DNA of 64,000 nt from assembly GCF_004010195.1 (NCBI RefSeq), contig NC_057758.1, positions 5,391,758-5,455,757 of the forward strand, written 5' to 3'. A program made the position numbers and the translations under genes. Source of the stretch: Chiloscyllium plagiosum (lineage: Eukaryota). Under the pieces are notes generated by a model. That model did not search any database. It saw only the letters and a program-made list of their open reading frames with translations, and had not been told where the DNA came from. This document shows positions 12,081 to 24,989 of this stretch, piece by piece. Positions within the stretch are counted from its first letter, which is position 1. Each line of letters begins with the position of its first letter.

Positions 12081-13225
12081 TATTTCCTGGATTCGGGATT
12101 CATCCGTCTTCTCGATTGGTAGATTAACTCATTTTCCTGTTTAGCATGCTACCCAATGTTGTACAAGAATTAAAGTACGCATCTTTAATTCAAAATTCGT
12201 ACCGTGGATGCACAATTTCGCAAAATATATGCAGCATTTATATTATTTTAAAGTATTCTACAGACAAATGCAGGGCAAACACGCCTTGCACGAACAAAAC
12301 TAAAGAAATCCCTGACAGTAGTAAAGAAAATTGGTACATACAGCATTTCAATTTGTTGTGATGCCATAGTCTTACCAGACCATAAGGGCTGATTTTTCAT
12401 TGAAGCGAGAAAAGACAGGTTGTCATTTAACCTGAACGCTACCATAGCTCAGGCAAGTCAGAGTTTGAAAAGAAGAGCTGTTCATAATAAACACAACCCT
12501 TGATGGGAACTGAGCCCTCGCTGGAAGCATCACACTGTTTTGTGAACGAACAATCCAGTGAACAAAGCCAAACCACTTCCCTTGCATTGCAGCTAATATA
12601 TAGTTTAAATACTTGTGAAATTTCCATTTAATTGAACACGGGTTCCTTCATTTTCATCCACTAAACAAACATCACGTCGGTCATTACTGTTTGTGAATGT
12701 GGCTGCTACTGAAAACCACTTCAATATTTGCATGAAATATCCTGATATCTGGCAAAGTTGAGAATCGCAGCACTTGCAGTGAGAAATGTATGAACGATTA
12801 ATATTGACTGAATGGACTCCTATATCTCAAATATAACTGATTTCCTCTCTCACCCAAGTATTCGATGCAGGATTGTTACATTTTTTTCTCCTGTTTTTTT
12901 TTTCGGAAAGAAGGTGTTATTGGGAAAAGACAGGAATGTGGAGTTAAGAAATATCAGATCACCTCATTGAAAGATGAGTCAGAATTGATGGACTGAATGT
13001 CGTTCTTCTGCTGCTGTGACTCTGGCTGTCATGATTGAAGCTTAACAGGTTACAGAAGTGGAGTTCATTTCATACAGACAACAGCCAGCTGTTACCAATC
13101 AAAAGAACTGCGTGCAAATTAATTCATGCATTTTGTTTACATAGCACAACAAAGCAAGACATGCTACGATTAAAAAAAGTTGCAATCCAACATTATTTGT
13201 GAGCAATTTTATTTTAAATTTAGCC

Positions 13226-14130
13226 TCATTTCCCAAACGAGCTCAGAGTTGGTGGCCAGAGCGAGCTCATTACATTGTTCAGCGCTTTTCTGAATATCCC
13301 TTTGACTACTACATAAATGCATGGGTTCTGTAAACAATTCAAAAACGTCAGTAACGTCCCTGCTTCAACAGCGATAAACTGAGGATCACTATAGTGCCTT
13401 TGTAGTTATTCTAGTTGACACAAAGCTTTCAGAAGCCGTCAGCGAAAATAAAATGAAACAACCTGACACAAAGACAAATAAAATAATGAATTTCATGCGG
13501 TTCTCAATCTCTGGATCATTGTGATTCTTTTTTCTATAACCTCTGATTGCTTGATTACTTCTATTGGCCAGGGGAATAGATCGGATGGTCAAAGAGTTAA
13601 TATGGAGAATCAGTGTAAAACGAAACCAAACGATCCAGGTGATGAGAAAAAAAGTCTGCACTTGATTGACATCCACACTGCACTCCGTGAATTAGTCGTT
13701 GATATTCACATGCAAAGAAAATTGGAATATTCTTGAGAAAAGTAAAGAAAGAGAACGTTGATGTTACCGTGCCAGCATTTCTACTTGTACAGAACCTTCG
13801 TTTAAATTTCTGTTTACAGTAAGCTGCAAGACGGTCAAATGTGAAGGATAAAAGCAAATTACTGCGGATGTTGTAATCTGAAACCAAAAGAGAAAATGCT
13901 GCAAAATCTCAGCGGGTCTGGCAGCATCCAGCATTTTCTCAAATGTGAATGAAACTGTTTACCAAACAAATAAGTCAAAGCTGGAAAACATCGTGTATAA
14001 AACCGCCCTGCAGACTGGAGTACGGGACACGAATGAAAATGGAAAATGCTAATTCAAAATGCAATTTAATGTTTCGTCGATGAAAACAACCATCCTGTTA
14101 CCTTGACTTTGCTGACCACGTCGCAACTTC
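13226..14130 (-). pseudogene. GPR139/GPR142-like GPCR pseudogene (main coding exon)
   Basis: FPFSFVSRTPVCRAVLYTMFSSFDLFVW*TVSF/TFDRLAAYCKQKFKRRFCT, LKNIPIFF, LTIRSIPLANR, NDPEIENRMKFIILFVFVSGCFILF and LNCLQNPCIYVVVKGIFRKAL. Contains stops, frameshifts and an insertion. Confidence 0.85.
13846..13938. mobile_element. 93-bp Penelope-terminus-like insertion with 11-bp TSD (tcaaatgtgaa)
   Basis: TSD at 13835-13845 and 13939-13949; internal inverted gagaaaatgctg / cagcattttctc. Confidence 0.85.
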
Positions 14131-14718
14131 CCAAATTCAAAATATCTCTCTTTTTGCTCAGCTAATAAGCTTTTCTATCTTTCTTTTCCTCTCTCTCTTT
14201 TTCGCTCCCCCTTTCTTTACTCTCTCTTTTCTCAGTCAAAAACCTTTTGTCTCTTTTTCCTTCGCTATTTCTCTTCTTCTCGTCCTTTGATTATAATCAA
14301 ACTGCATTTTCCTCAATTGTAATTTAAGTTTTTGTACCTCTACTGCTCGTGCCTTTCCCCTGACACACCTCAGTGTTTGAGTAACTCCGTACAATTTCAG
14401 TTCTGCGTTGTCCTTGGTTCAATCCATACCCAACATCTTTGATAATTCTAAAATTATAGCCTTCTTTTTTCCGTCTAAAATTGCTTGGGAATCATCTTCA
14501 ATTACCAAAAACTCTTTAGCAATTTAAAGAGCCATTTGTCTCTCGTTTAATTTAATCAATCACAAGTCAACGAAATTAAACAAATTGTCTCACCTACGCC
14601 TTGTTTAACGATCTAGGTCATGAACCTACAATTTCTGAAAACTCCTGGGAAATTTTGGACCTTCAAATATATTCAAGTGTGTGTAAGCCAATTCAAAACT
14701 CGGACGAAAGTCCCCAAA

Positions 14719-15384
14719 TATTATGACACAAGATAAATCCCCTTGCTAATTTAAACTACGAACTCACAAAAACACTCTTGCATTAATCTCTGATAATTGG
14801 ACAATCGAAGCACAATCCCAACTGTCACTACTTAAAGTAAAAATTTACAATTGTATTTTATAAAGTCTAAAAGAGAATAATTATCTCAAACCTATTTACA
14901 AGTGCTTTTTCTGCCAAATCTTTTACTCATCCTTCTAAAATATTGGCCCAATAAAACCGCCGATTAAGATTTATCAACAAAATCAAACTTCAAAAGCAGC
15001 CAGCATAATCTCCGTCTGTTAACTTTTCGTCAGAGAAATTCTGGTTTACAAGACGTTGGAAGATAAAGGGTACCTTTAAGAGAAGTATTCTGCGGACATT
15101 CTGCATATGGTGGTGGCTTGGAAGTTCTCCTCCAGTGGTTCAATGTTTTAATGCATATACCTCAACCCCTCGAATCGCTTCATTCGTGTTATTATTATCG
15201 AAATACCAAATTTATACCTGATTTGTGATTGGTATTTTGGGGGCATTATATAAACTAATTGAACTAATTTGTAGTTTTGTTTATCTCATACCAACCCAGT
15301 TACTGCAAGTTGCTTGACCAAATGTTATGTTATAAATTTTGCAGTACTCTGTTTGCCTATCCAATTCCCTACTCGATTGCAACA
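14719..15384 (-). mobile_element. Solo-LTR-like repeat (same family as 25217-25895 and 42023-42758)
   Basis: Shares blocks with the other copies (ggtacctttaagagaag; tttgggg.attatataaact). Confidence 0.5.
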
Positions 15385-15399
15385 CTCCGAACAGTAGAC

Positions 15400-15650
15400 C
15401 TGTGGCACAATGGTTAGCACTACTGCCTCCCTGCGCCAGAGACCCGTGTTCACTTCCTGCCTCAGGTGACTGTCTGTGTCGAGTTTGCATGTTCTCTCCG
15501 CGTCTGCGTGTGTTTACTCTGGGTGCTCCGCTTTCCTCCCACTGTCCAAAAATGCGCAGGTTGGTTGCATTGGCTATTCTCAATTGCCTGTAGTGTTAGG
15601 GGAATGGGTTGTTGGGCAAAAAGGCCTGTTTCTGCACTGTAAGTAACCCA
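15400..15650 (+). mobile_element. V-SINE (HE1-like)
   Basis: gtggcacaatggttagcactactgcctc..gagacccgtgttca A/B-box head; tgtctgtgt.gagtttgca core; cactgtaagtaa tail. Confidence 0.85.
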
Positions 15651-16649
15651 ATCTCGTTTCTTACCAACTTTATAACACATTAGATTACACCCTTGATATT
15701 TTCTCCATGTAAAGCCTATTCTTTAAATGGAGTAAAAATTGGTCACGTTTTTGGCCTGTTCATTTTACTCAGCATTCTTTAAACCGCATCCAATACAGTT
15801 AGTATACTCCATAAATATTGTGATTACAATTAAGCATTCATGCATGGTCTAACACAATTCATTAAGCAATGTCACAGAAAATAAGTCTATTCTGAATAAA
15901 ATCACTGCACCCCAAATGTTACCGTTGTCTTATGTGCACAGATGCTGCCAGATCTGCTAACATATTCCAGGAATTTCTGGTTTTGATTTCATTCAAGGAA
16001 TCTAATTCACTTTGACAAAGTTCGGGAATCGAATTCGGGGAAAACTGCCTTGGACTGACATTTTGACATTTCTTTTAAAAGGTTTTATTTGCAACTGTAG
16101 TCGCTAATCTCGCCGAACTTAAAGTATTTCAGTTCAGCAATTTATCGATATATACGCTAGATCCTACATTAAACTCTAACTAAAACGAAATCAATTATTT
16201 TTACACGTCGACACATTATGTTCCACCATTTCTCCTCGATGGTTAATCTCCCCTTAAAAATACAACTTTTTGTCATCTCCAAAACATGCAATACCATTTG
16301 TGTTTTGAGCATCAAGACAGATCGTAATATCTCTGTCTCTCCCCTCAACCTTTCTCTGCTCATCCACTTGTTGCACAGAATGGAACTGGGTTCCTTGAGG
16401 CATTCTATTGTCACAGTGTTCAAACAAACGCATTTCTACTTAATATTAATTCCCTGCTTCTGTCCGTATGTAATCCAGTCCATGCTAATAGTCTAACTAG
16501 TACCCTATTATTGATTACCTTAATTTCCCCGTTTTATTTTTTCTTAATTTTTTTTCTTAGATTTTCTGGTGTGGAAAGTGCCTCTTTCTTTTGAACAGAG
16601 ACCAACTCATTCCTTTCTTCTGTTTTTGTTTCCCTCAGTAACCACATTG

Positions 16650-17845
16650 CTGAGGTTTTGTGCAGGGAAGGGCATGTCTTACCAACTTTAATGGAATTCT
16701 TTGACGAAGTGACAAAGTTGGTTGATGAGGGATGGGCTGTAGATATCATATACATGGACTTCAATAAGACGTTTAATAAAGTTCCCGACGGTATGCTGAA
16801 GGAGAAAGTGAAGTCGTCTGAGAAAGAGTGTGTACAAACGTGATGGATAGAAAACTAGCTGGGCAGCAAGGGACAGAGAGTAATAATGCAAGGGAGATTC
16901 TCTAAATGGAGACCTGTGAATAGTGGTTTTCCAGAGATCCGTTTTGGGACCACTGTTGCTTGTGATACACACACACACACATAATCTGGAGGAAGGTGTA
17001 GGTGGTCTGATGAGCAAGTTTGCAGATGGCGCTGAGACTGATGGAGCAGCAGATAGTTAAGGGGACTGTTAGAGATGCAGCCAAACTGAGATTGATTGGA
17101 CATTTGCCCAGAGAAATAGAGGATTTAATTCAATCTGATCAAAGGCGAGTTGATGCATTTTGGAAAATCCAATTCAAGAGTGAAATATATAGTAAATGGA
17201 AAGGTCCTGGGAAAAATTGGTGTACTCAGAGATCTGGATGTTCATGTGGATTCTTTCCTTGAAGGTGGTCATACAGGTCGATAGAGTTGTCAAAAAACAT
17301 TTTCTAATGGGGGGCTTTTGCTCAAAAGGTCGATTTTCTTGCTCCTCGGATGATGACCGGCCTGCTGTGCTTTTACAACACCATTCTAATCTGGAGTCTG
17401 ATCTCCAGCATCTGCAGTCCTCACTTTTGTCAGAGTTGTCAAACAGGCATACGGCAGGCTTCCCTGCTTTGGGCCGGTGTATTGAGAAGAAGAGTTGGCA
17501 GGTCATGTGAGAGTTCTACATGATTTTGGTTCGGCCATATTTGGAATACTGCAAAAAGATCTAGTCGCTGTATTACCAAAAGGATGTGAATGTTTTGGAG
17601 AGGGTGCAGAGGAATTCTCCAGAATGGCACTTGCAATGAAGATAGCTTGAGCAGATTTGGATTATCTTCATCAGAAAGACAGAAGTAGAGTGGGAGACCC
17701 AACTGAGGTCTACAAAATCATAGATATAGACAGATTGGATAGCAAGAGGTTTCTTCCCACAGTTGGGAACACACTTACTAGGGCTCACGATTTCAAGGTG
17801 ACAGGGGAAACGTTTAAGGGATATATGCGTGGAAAGTTATATACA
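16650..17845 (+). mobile_element. CR1 RT and 3' region, interrupted by a hairpin (~17300-17428) and a Penelope element; continues at 19475-19690
   Basis: LMEFFDEVTKLVDEGWAVDIIYMDFNKTFNKVP; CR1 3' UTR motifs resume after 19475. Confidence 0.85.
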
Positions 17846-19474
17846 AACAGTGAGACAAAGTATCGTACCCCTGATAACAAGGAAAAGACAAACACATAAC
17901 CTCAACACCAAGGAGAGGGAAGCACTAAAATCACTAAGAAACGATAAGAACATAATCATACTACCAGCAGACAAAGGCAGAATGACGGTCATCCTGGAGA
18001 AAGCAGAGTACATCCAAAAAGCACAACAACTACTTGCAGATACCAACACCTACTAAAAGAGGGAGTTTGACCCCACCCCACAGTTCACCAATAGGATAAA
18101 CAACACATTGAGGAACCTACAAACAAAAACGGACAGATAACCAGGTCGGACGTACAAAGAATGAAACCTGAAAGCAACAACACCCCCAGATTCGATGGAC
18201 GACCTAAAGTGCACAAACCAGACATCCCACTCAGATCCATAGTATTACTACCAGGGACACCATCACACAAACTGGCGAAAGAACTACAGCAGAAACTGAA
18301 ACACTTGATCAGCGGATCCAGACACTCTATACAATTAACACAGGAATTCTTGGACATCATCAGAAATATACACATAGACAAGGAAGAAACCATGGTCTCA
18401 TTCGACGTAACGGCACTGTTCACCTCTATCGACAAAACCCTAGCCAGAGAAACAATAGCCAACCTGCTGAACAGACACAACAGACAACAGGACGTTGAAC
18501 CCATCAACAAAGACAGCATACTTAAACTACTGGACTTGTGCCTCACAACACACTTCACATTCAACAACCAAATCAACGGAACACCCATGGGCTCACCGAT
18601 CTCGGGACTCATAGCAGAAGCAGTAAAGCAAAGGTCAGAGCAGTCTTACCGCAAATTCAACCCAAACACTGGTTCAGATACGTGGATGACACCTTTGTAA
18701 TCATTAAAAACACAGAAATAGAGAAAACACACCGGATCATCAACTCCACACTCACAGGAATCCGATTCACGAGAGAAGAAGAAAAGGATAAAAAACGGAT
18801 ATCCTCGTAATTTCATCAACAGATGCCTAAGAGAAAGACAATGGAACGAGGACATGCCGCAACCCAAAGGACTAGCGACACTACCATACATCAGGAGCAT
18901 TTCAGAACTGACAGCCAGACTACTTCGACCACTAGGACTTATAACAGCACACAAACCAACAGCCACCCTCAGACAACAACTCACCAGAACGAAGGACCCG
19001 ATACCCACATTAGCATAACTAATGTAGTGTACAAAATCCCATGCAAGGACTGCACAAAACACTATATAGGACAAACAGGAAGACAGCTAACGATCCGCAT
19101 CCACGAACATCAACTAGCCACGAAACGACACGACCAGCTATCCCGAGTAGCCACACACGCAGACGACAAGCAACATGAATTCGACTGGGACAACACTACC
19201 ATTATAGGGCAAGCAAAACAGAGAACAGCCAGGGAATTTCTAGAAGCTTGGCACTCATCCATAAACTCCATCAACAAACACATAGACCTGGACCCAATAT
19301 ACCGGCGACGACAGCGGACAGCTGAAACTGACAACCGGAAGCGGCAGGGACAGGCCACTATAAATGCCGGAGGAAGCACCACAGAACCGCTTCACTGGAG
19401 GATCCCAAGCACTGAGGATGTCACCGAGACAGGGGACGAAACGTTTCCAGCTCGGCGAACAGAACCACAGCAAT
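17846..19474 (+). mobile_element. Penelope-like retrotransposon (RT + GIY-YIG), 5'-truncated with an internal deletion, 9-bp TSD
   Basis: IILPADKGRMTV, PKVHKPDIPLR, VSFDVTALFTSI, GTPMGSPIS, WFRYVDDTF and NVVYKIPCKDCTKHYIGQT; ttatataca at 17837-17845 and 19475-19483. Confidence 0.95.
19412..19446 (+). ncRNA. Hammerhead ribozyme core in Penelope terminus
   Basis: CTGAGGA-tGTCacc..aggGGAC-GAAAC-GTT. Confidence 0.6.
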
Positions 19475-20709
19475 TTATATACATAGAGGGTTTTGGGTGC
19501 TCGGAACGCATTGCCAGTGGCGGTGGTAGAGGCGGGCATGATAGCATCTTTTAAGATGTATCTAGACAGATACTTGAATGGGCAGTGAACAGTGTGGTAC
19601 AGATACATAGAAAATGGGCGACAGGTTTTGATGGAGGATCTGAATCGTCACAGGCTTGGTGGGCCGAATGGCCTCTTCCTTTGCTGAAATTGTATTTGTT
19701 CTTTTTCTTTGTATTACGATTATTAGTGACTCCTTGCATGAACAAACTTTCTTGAATGATGAAAGCACTCCATCATTTACTCTATAATGATGACACCTCC
19801 CGTTTTTAAAACAAACTACTCCACTTGCCTCCATTTCTTGTTAGTGTATAAAATATTTCGTGCTATCAGAGTCGACTTTTCAGTCTGAGAACATCACTTC
19901 ATAATGTCTTACCATACCCATATACACAAAACAACTGAGATGGGTCTTCATGCAGAGAGTTTTGGTTTTCAATTTCAGTCGTTCATTGTTGAGGGTGTTA
20001 AATTAGTTTTTTTTTAATTTCCGATATATTGCAAAAGCCTGCTTCCCCAATGAAGCTTCCCTGTTTCTATTACAATAAAACATTCATCACGTTTTTGTTT
20101 ATAACTATTGCTCGTGACTGAAGATCCACTTCCAAAATTAACATGGAACTAATCGCTAATATGGACACCGTTCGCTATCAGGCAAATAATCTGCCTGAAG
20201 CAAAGTAACTTTTTCTTAACCTAATCAGACCAAACTGTGTTTGCACACGAACAGTTCACTAATTCTCTGCAAGTTAATATTTTCCAACAATCTTTTACAA
20301 TTTGGCTGTCTCAGCCTAAACGCAGATTAAAGTGCACTGCACTTTAAACTTTGGGTGGCTGGTATTATTCTATAACCCATTGCTCAATGAACTGGCATTT
20401 GGGAGGTCTCAAAATTAGTACCAACTTATAGTTAGGAAATGCTACAATAGTTTGATTTGGTTTTTCATTTTAACAAAATGCAGTATGTGACTCACAAGCA
20501 CAAAGAAGTGGTGTGCTCGATGACTAACATGAAGCTTTGCTGGTTGGGCTGAGGAACTGTTAGTTTACAGCAACTGCTCAGCAGGTCCAGCAGCAACTGC
20601 TCAGCAGGTCCAGTGGAGAGAAAGCAAAGTTAGAGTTTCGAGTACAGTGACCCTTCTTCAAAACACCATTTTCAAGGTGGTATTTAATTGGAGAAAAACG
20701 ATAACATAT

Positions 20710-23300
20710 TTGCAGAATTCGACAAATCGGCCTATGTGACCTGTTCCACTAATCGATCATATAGTTGTCAACTCCATTCTCCTGCCTTCTTCCGTATACC
20801 TTGCTACACTAACTAATCAGGAAGTTATCTACCGCTCTTTTAGACGACTTGGTTTCCAAATGCTCCTCAGCGAATAATTTCCACATATTCTACTTCATCT
20901 CAGTTCTCAAGGCTCCTCCTGTCACTTAGAGTCTGTGTCCTCGAGTTCTGTATCCCCTTCTGCTTGTGGAAAGATCTGTGCATCCTCTCTATCCGGGCAT
21001 TTCCGTCGTCTGTAAGTTTCAGTGAGCCCCGCCCACCTCATTCTTTTTAACTGCAGCGTGTTCAGTCACAGCATTCTAAACCACACTTCACATGACAAGC
21101 TGTTCCCCAGCAGAGATTTTATAAAATACCTCCCGAATCCCTCCAAGTTCAAAATATGTTTCCTTACAAAGGGGCTCCAAAACTGCTCACAAAATTCCGG
21201 GTGTGGTCTTACCAGAGTTTATCAAGTCCTCGAAGAGTCTTTCTAACTGTTAAATGAACAAACAATTTGCATTTGTGACAATCCTCACTCTTTCTGCCAC
21301 ACATTTCCCCATTGGGAAAATATTCTTCACCTTTATTGTTCCAAAGAATGCTCGTGACCTCAAATATTCTGATATTTTATTTATCATGACAGTTCTTTGC
21401 CCACTCTTCTAGCCTTTCCAAGTCCTTCTGCAGCCTCATGACCTCCTGAATACTACCTGCTCACCATCTGTCTTTGCGTCATTTTCAAACGCTGCAGCAA
21501 TCCCCATGCTTCCTTCATCTAGATTGTTAATACAGAACGTGGATAGTTGTGGTGCAAACACTCACCCCTGTGGAACACCACTAGTCACAGGCTTCTATGT
21601 TGAAAAAAGAAAACTCTGCCATACGCTCTGTCTTCTTCCAGTGAGCTAATATTCTCCCTATGGAAGTTCTCTGTCCCTAAATATTGTGTCTTAGTTGATT
21701 TAGCAATCTCACATACAACAATTAGTCAAGGGCCTTCTAGAAATGTAGCTTGATCACATTATGACGATTCAGTAATGGCAGGAGATCTTTTTTTTTCTGA
21801 GGTGAGTTTGAAATACAGTGGTGACAGCTAAGAAAGTAAACTGTCTACGAAACCATGTGCTTTTCCTTAAATTTCGAAGAATGGAAACACCCTGCGTGTG
21901 ATTAGTTTTCACCGACCTGGCTTCCTAGTTTTTCTTTTGATAGTTCTTATGTTTATTTCTAAACATAATTCAATGTGTGTTAGCTTGATTCCCTGAACAT
22001 TCCCTGAATTCTTTTGGAATGTGTTTTCCTTTTGGATTGTAGGACTCCATATGGAGATCGCTATCTGACCTTGATATTCTGCAACGGGGTGTGTTTAATG
22101 ATTGTTACTATCCTGGCAAAGTAAATTAGTTATTGGTATTATACCTACTATTCGATTATGTTCTTCAATAGTTTAGTTAGTCTAAATTCCTCTTCCTTTT
22201 GTTTAATTTTAACTTTACTGTTTAAATGAATTGTATTTCCTTTAACGTTGAGTAGTTGTACTGATTGGATTGCGCCTGGAACACAGCATTCCACAGCTAT
22301 CTGAAAAATAAAAAGTTAGCATTGATATTACCTTCTCAAAATATACTGAGCGGATCTGGTCCATATCAACAGCCAGTAACTCTACTTTGTCTAATTTGCT
22401 TATTAAATCGTCAACGAATTCTAGCACATTTTTCAGGCATGAACACCCCTTTGAAAAGCATTGTGCACGTATCCTTGTTTTATCCTGCACTTGCCAGTAC
22501 TCTGAAATCTCGCTTTTAGCAATAGATTCTAAAATCTACCAATGACCAAGGGAAGGCTCACTGAAATGCAATTTTCACTCTTCCACAGCCTTCTTCCCCT
22601 CTTACACTATTCATTTTGAATCCATGGGTCTTTCTATTATTCCAGCGATTTCTGACAAACAACTAGCAATGTATCCCCAAATAGCCAACTATGTCTTTCA
22701 GAGTCTTTGTGTCCAGTTTATCGATTCCCGGACCGTTCAGCTGAACTGCCACATTCTTGTTAATGATAGTCATCTCACACACCTCTGCCCCTGACTCCCA
22801 TGGACTTCAGATATTCTACTGGTGCTTTCTGCAATGATGACTGTTGCAAAGTCAATTCCTCTCTCATGTTCTTCTTCCTCGTTACCACTTTTGCAGCCTC
22901 ATTTTCCACGAGTTCAATTCACACTCTTGCCTCCGTCTTATCTTTAGCTAAATAAGCTAAATTGTGAAAAACATTGTAGAAATCTTCCTTCATATTACTT
23001 GGTAATTTATTGCACATTTTCATCTGTGTCCCTCCCTGTTTCTTTAATGAATTGTTCTTTTTTTTTTACATTGCCTTCCAAATCTGTTGGCTTCCCACTC
23101 GTCTTCGTCACGCTGTACGCTTGAATTTTGTTCTTTTGCTGTCCCGGACTTCCTTTCTCAGCCACGGTTGTCTTGTTATCTCTTTAGTAGCTTCCTTCTT
23201 GCTTGGGATGAATCTGTCCTCTCTCCAGAATTATCCCCAGAAACCTATACTACTGCTCTTCAAATATCTTCTTTACTACCCTCCCGTCTCAGTTACATCT
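20710..23300 (-). mobile_element. Old CR1 ORF2, interrupted by an LTR-like fragment (~21770-22380)
   Basis: Reverse complement contains VTSGVPQG (21566-21590) and FSKGCSCLKNVLEFVDD; CR1 3' motifs near 20720-21000. Confidence 0.7.
21770..22375 (+). mobile_element. LTR-like fragment (3' part resembles 61690-62128)
   Basis: Shared T-rich body and end (gttagc..acc.t.t..aaat.t..g.gg.tctgg.c...aca). Confidence 0.4.
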
Positions 23301-23819
23301 TTTTTGATCATTCCTGAGATTTCCTGCCATGTCAACATGAAACTGAACCAGCTTCATTCCCCAGAATTAATGTAGCAGTTCATCATCCCTTGTAGTTTTA
23401 CAATGCTGTGAGTCTACATTCTGAAGAGCAAATATAGTACACCAAATAAATCAAGTGCGGGCAGAATACTGCTTCAATTGAAATGTAAGAATGGGACCTT
23501 GAATAGAGAGATGCAGTAGCTAAATTGGCAAGTTTTGCACCTCCCGCGATTGCAAGGAAGATGCCAAATGTTTGCGACGTGAATGTGGGAGCACAGGAAG
23601 AGGAGAACCGCGTGCTCCTGTGTGAACTTTTCCCGGGGTATGCAGGCAAAGGACTGGAGAAGTACATACGATAGTTGCTGGAATCCTCCTGGTGCTGTCA
23701 GCACTAGCAAAGATCCAAGGAGTCATATAGAATATAAACAAAACTTTCAGCCTATCACATATCTGCTGGGCAACAAACATCAAATTACACTTATTCCACT
23801 TTACTGAACTTTGTTAATT

Positions 23820-24320
23820 GCTTAATATACCCTGCCATTTTAAGTATTCATGCAGATGCTTCTACCTATTTCCACCATCCTCTCAGGCAACACGTTCCAT
23901 ATTTCAGCCATCCCTTGGGTGATTTGCTTTTGCTCGGATACCCGCGAAATGCTTTATTTATCAATTTAACCTTAATTCAATTTGACAAAGACATGCCTAC
24001 ATCGCGGAAGGGTTTATCACAATCGGCTCTGTCAATACCACTCATCATTATGTCTGCATCAATTGCCACCTGAGCCTCTTCTGCTCCACAGACCCCAAAT
24101 AAAAGTTAACTTTTTACTGAGACCTTTCACTTCAAGCAACATCCCGTGAAACTTCTCTTCAATCATTGCAGTGCAAGTGTTTCCTGCCGATAGTGTGGTG
24201 ATCAGACCTGCGCAGACTGTGGCATAACCATATTTTTCTGTAGAGTCTGCAACAACATTTCCTTCCTCCTATATTCCACTGTGTGGCTGATGATTATGCT
24301 TCCTTATGAACTTGCAGATG
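23820..24320 (-). mobile_element. Degraded CR1 3' fragment
   Basis: ccaccatcctctcaggcaacacgttcca and tagtgtggtgatcagacctg are antisense CR1 motifs. Confidence 0.6.
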
Positions 24321-24989
24321 CAAGGACAACTGGGTTTTCAGTTCAGTACAACAGTGAACTTATCATCATGTTAAGTGAAGGTCCTGCTGAGAGCCCTGTC
24401 ATTGATGGTGCCAGGAATCCTCACTGGCAAAACAAAACTTTCCTGAGCGTAACGCACCGCCCTTCCCCCGGTACCTCCCGCTATACGCCTCATCATTAGA
24501 GCAGATGCGATCTGGAGAGAGAAGCCAAGAGAATAGAAGAGAATCCATACAGGTAGGGTACTGTGACGATGCATAATAAATGTAACAGTGGAAATTGAAA
24601 GATGTGTAATGGATTTCGGCGACCAATGTATACTCTTCATTTCAGAACTATTTGGTGCATTCCATATTCAAATCTCGCAGTATGCACTCTGCTCACCACT
24701 TCACTGAAACTTCTTCTTTCACGAAGATAGAATAACTACTCGTGATGCAGAACAACTCACGTCCATTTGCCACTTTAACCACCGAGTTAACTTCAGTTCT
24801 TTTCACAAAAAGAAGTATAATTTGCTAAAAATATTGTATTTGTACTTCTGTTAATGCCCTCAGGACAGCTGCTGACAGCATCCCTATTGAGAGGCAGAGT
24901 TCCTCGATAATGCGCTTGAGAGGAGCCTTTTTTGTGAACAAAAAGAAGGAAGCGTATGTCAAGTATAAAACACAGAGATCATGTAAATC

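Noticed and set aside
12146..12470. STDKCRANTPCT, reminiscent of a TNFR CRD, plus small exon-like segments
   Set aside because: The similarity is too short, the candidate donors are weak, and no consistent multi-exon frame could be built.
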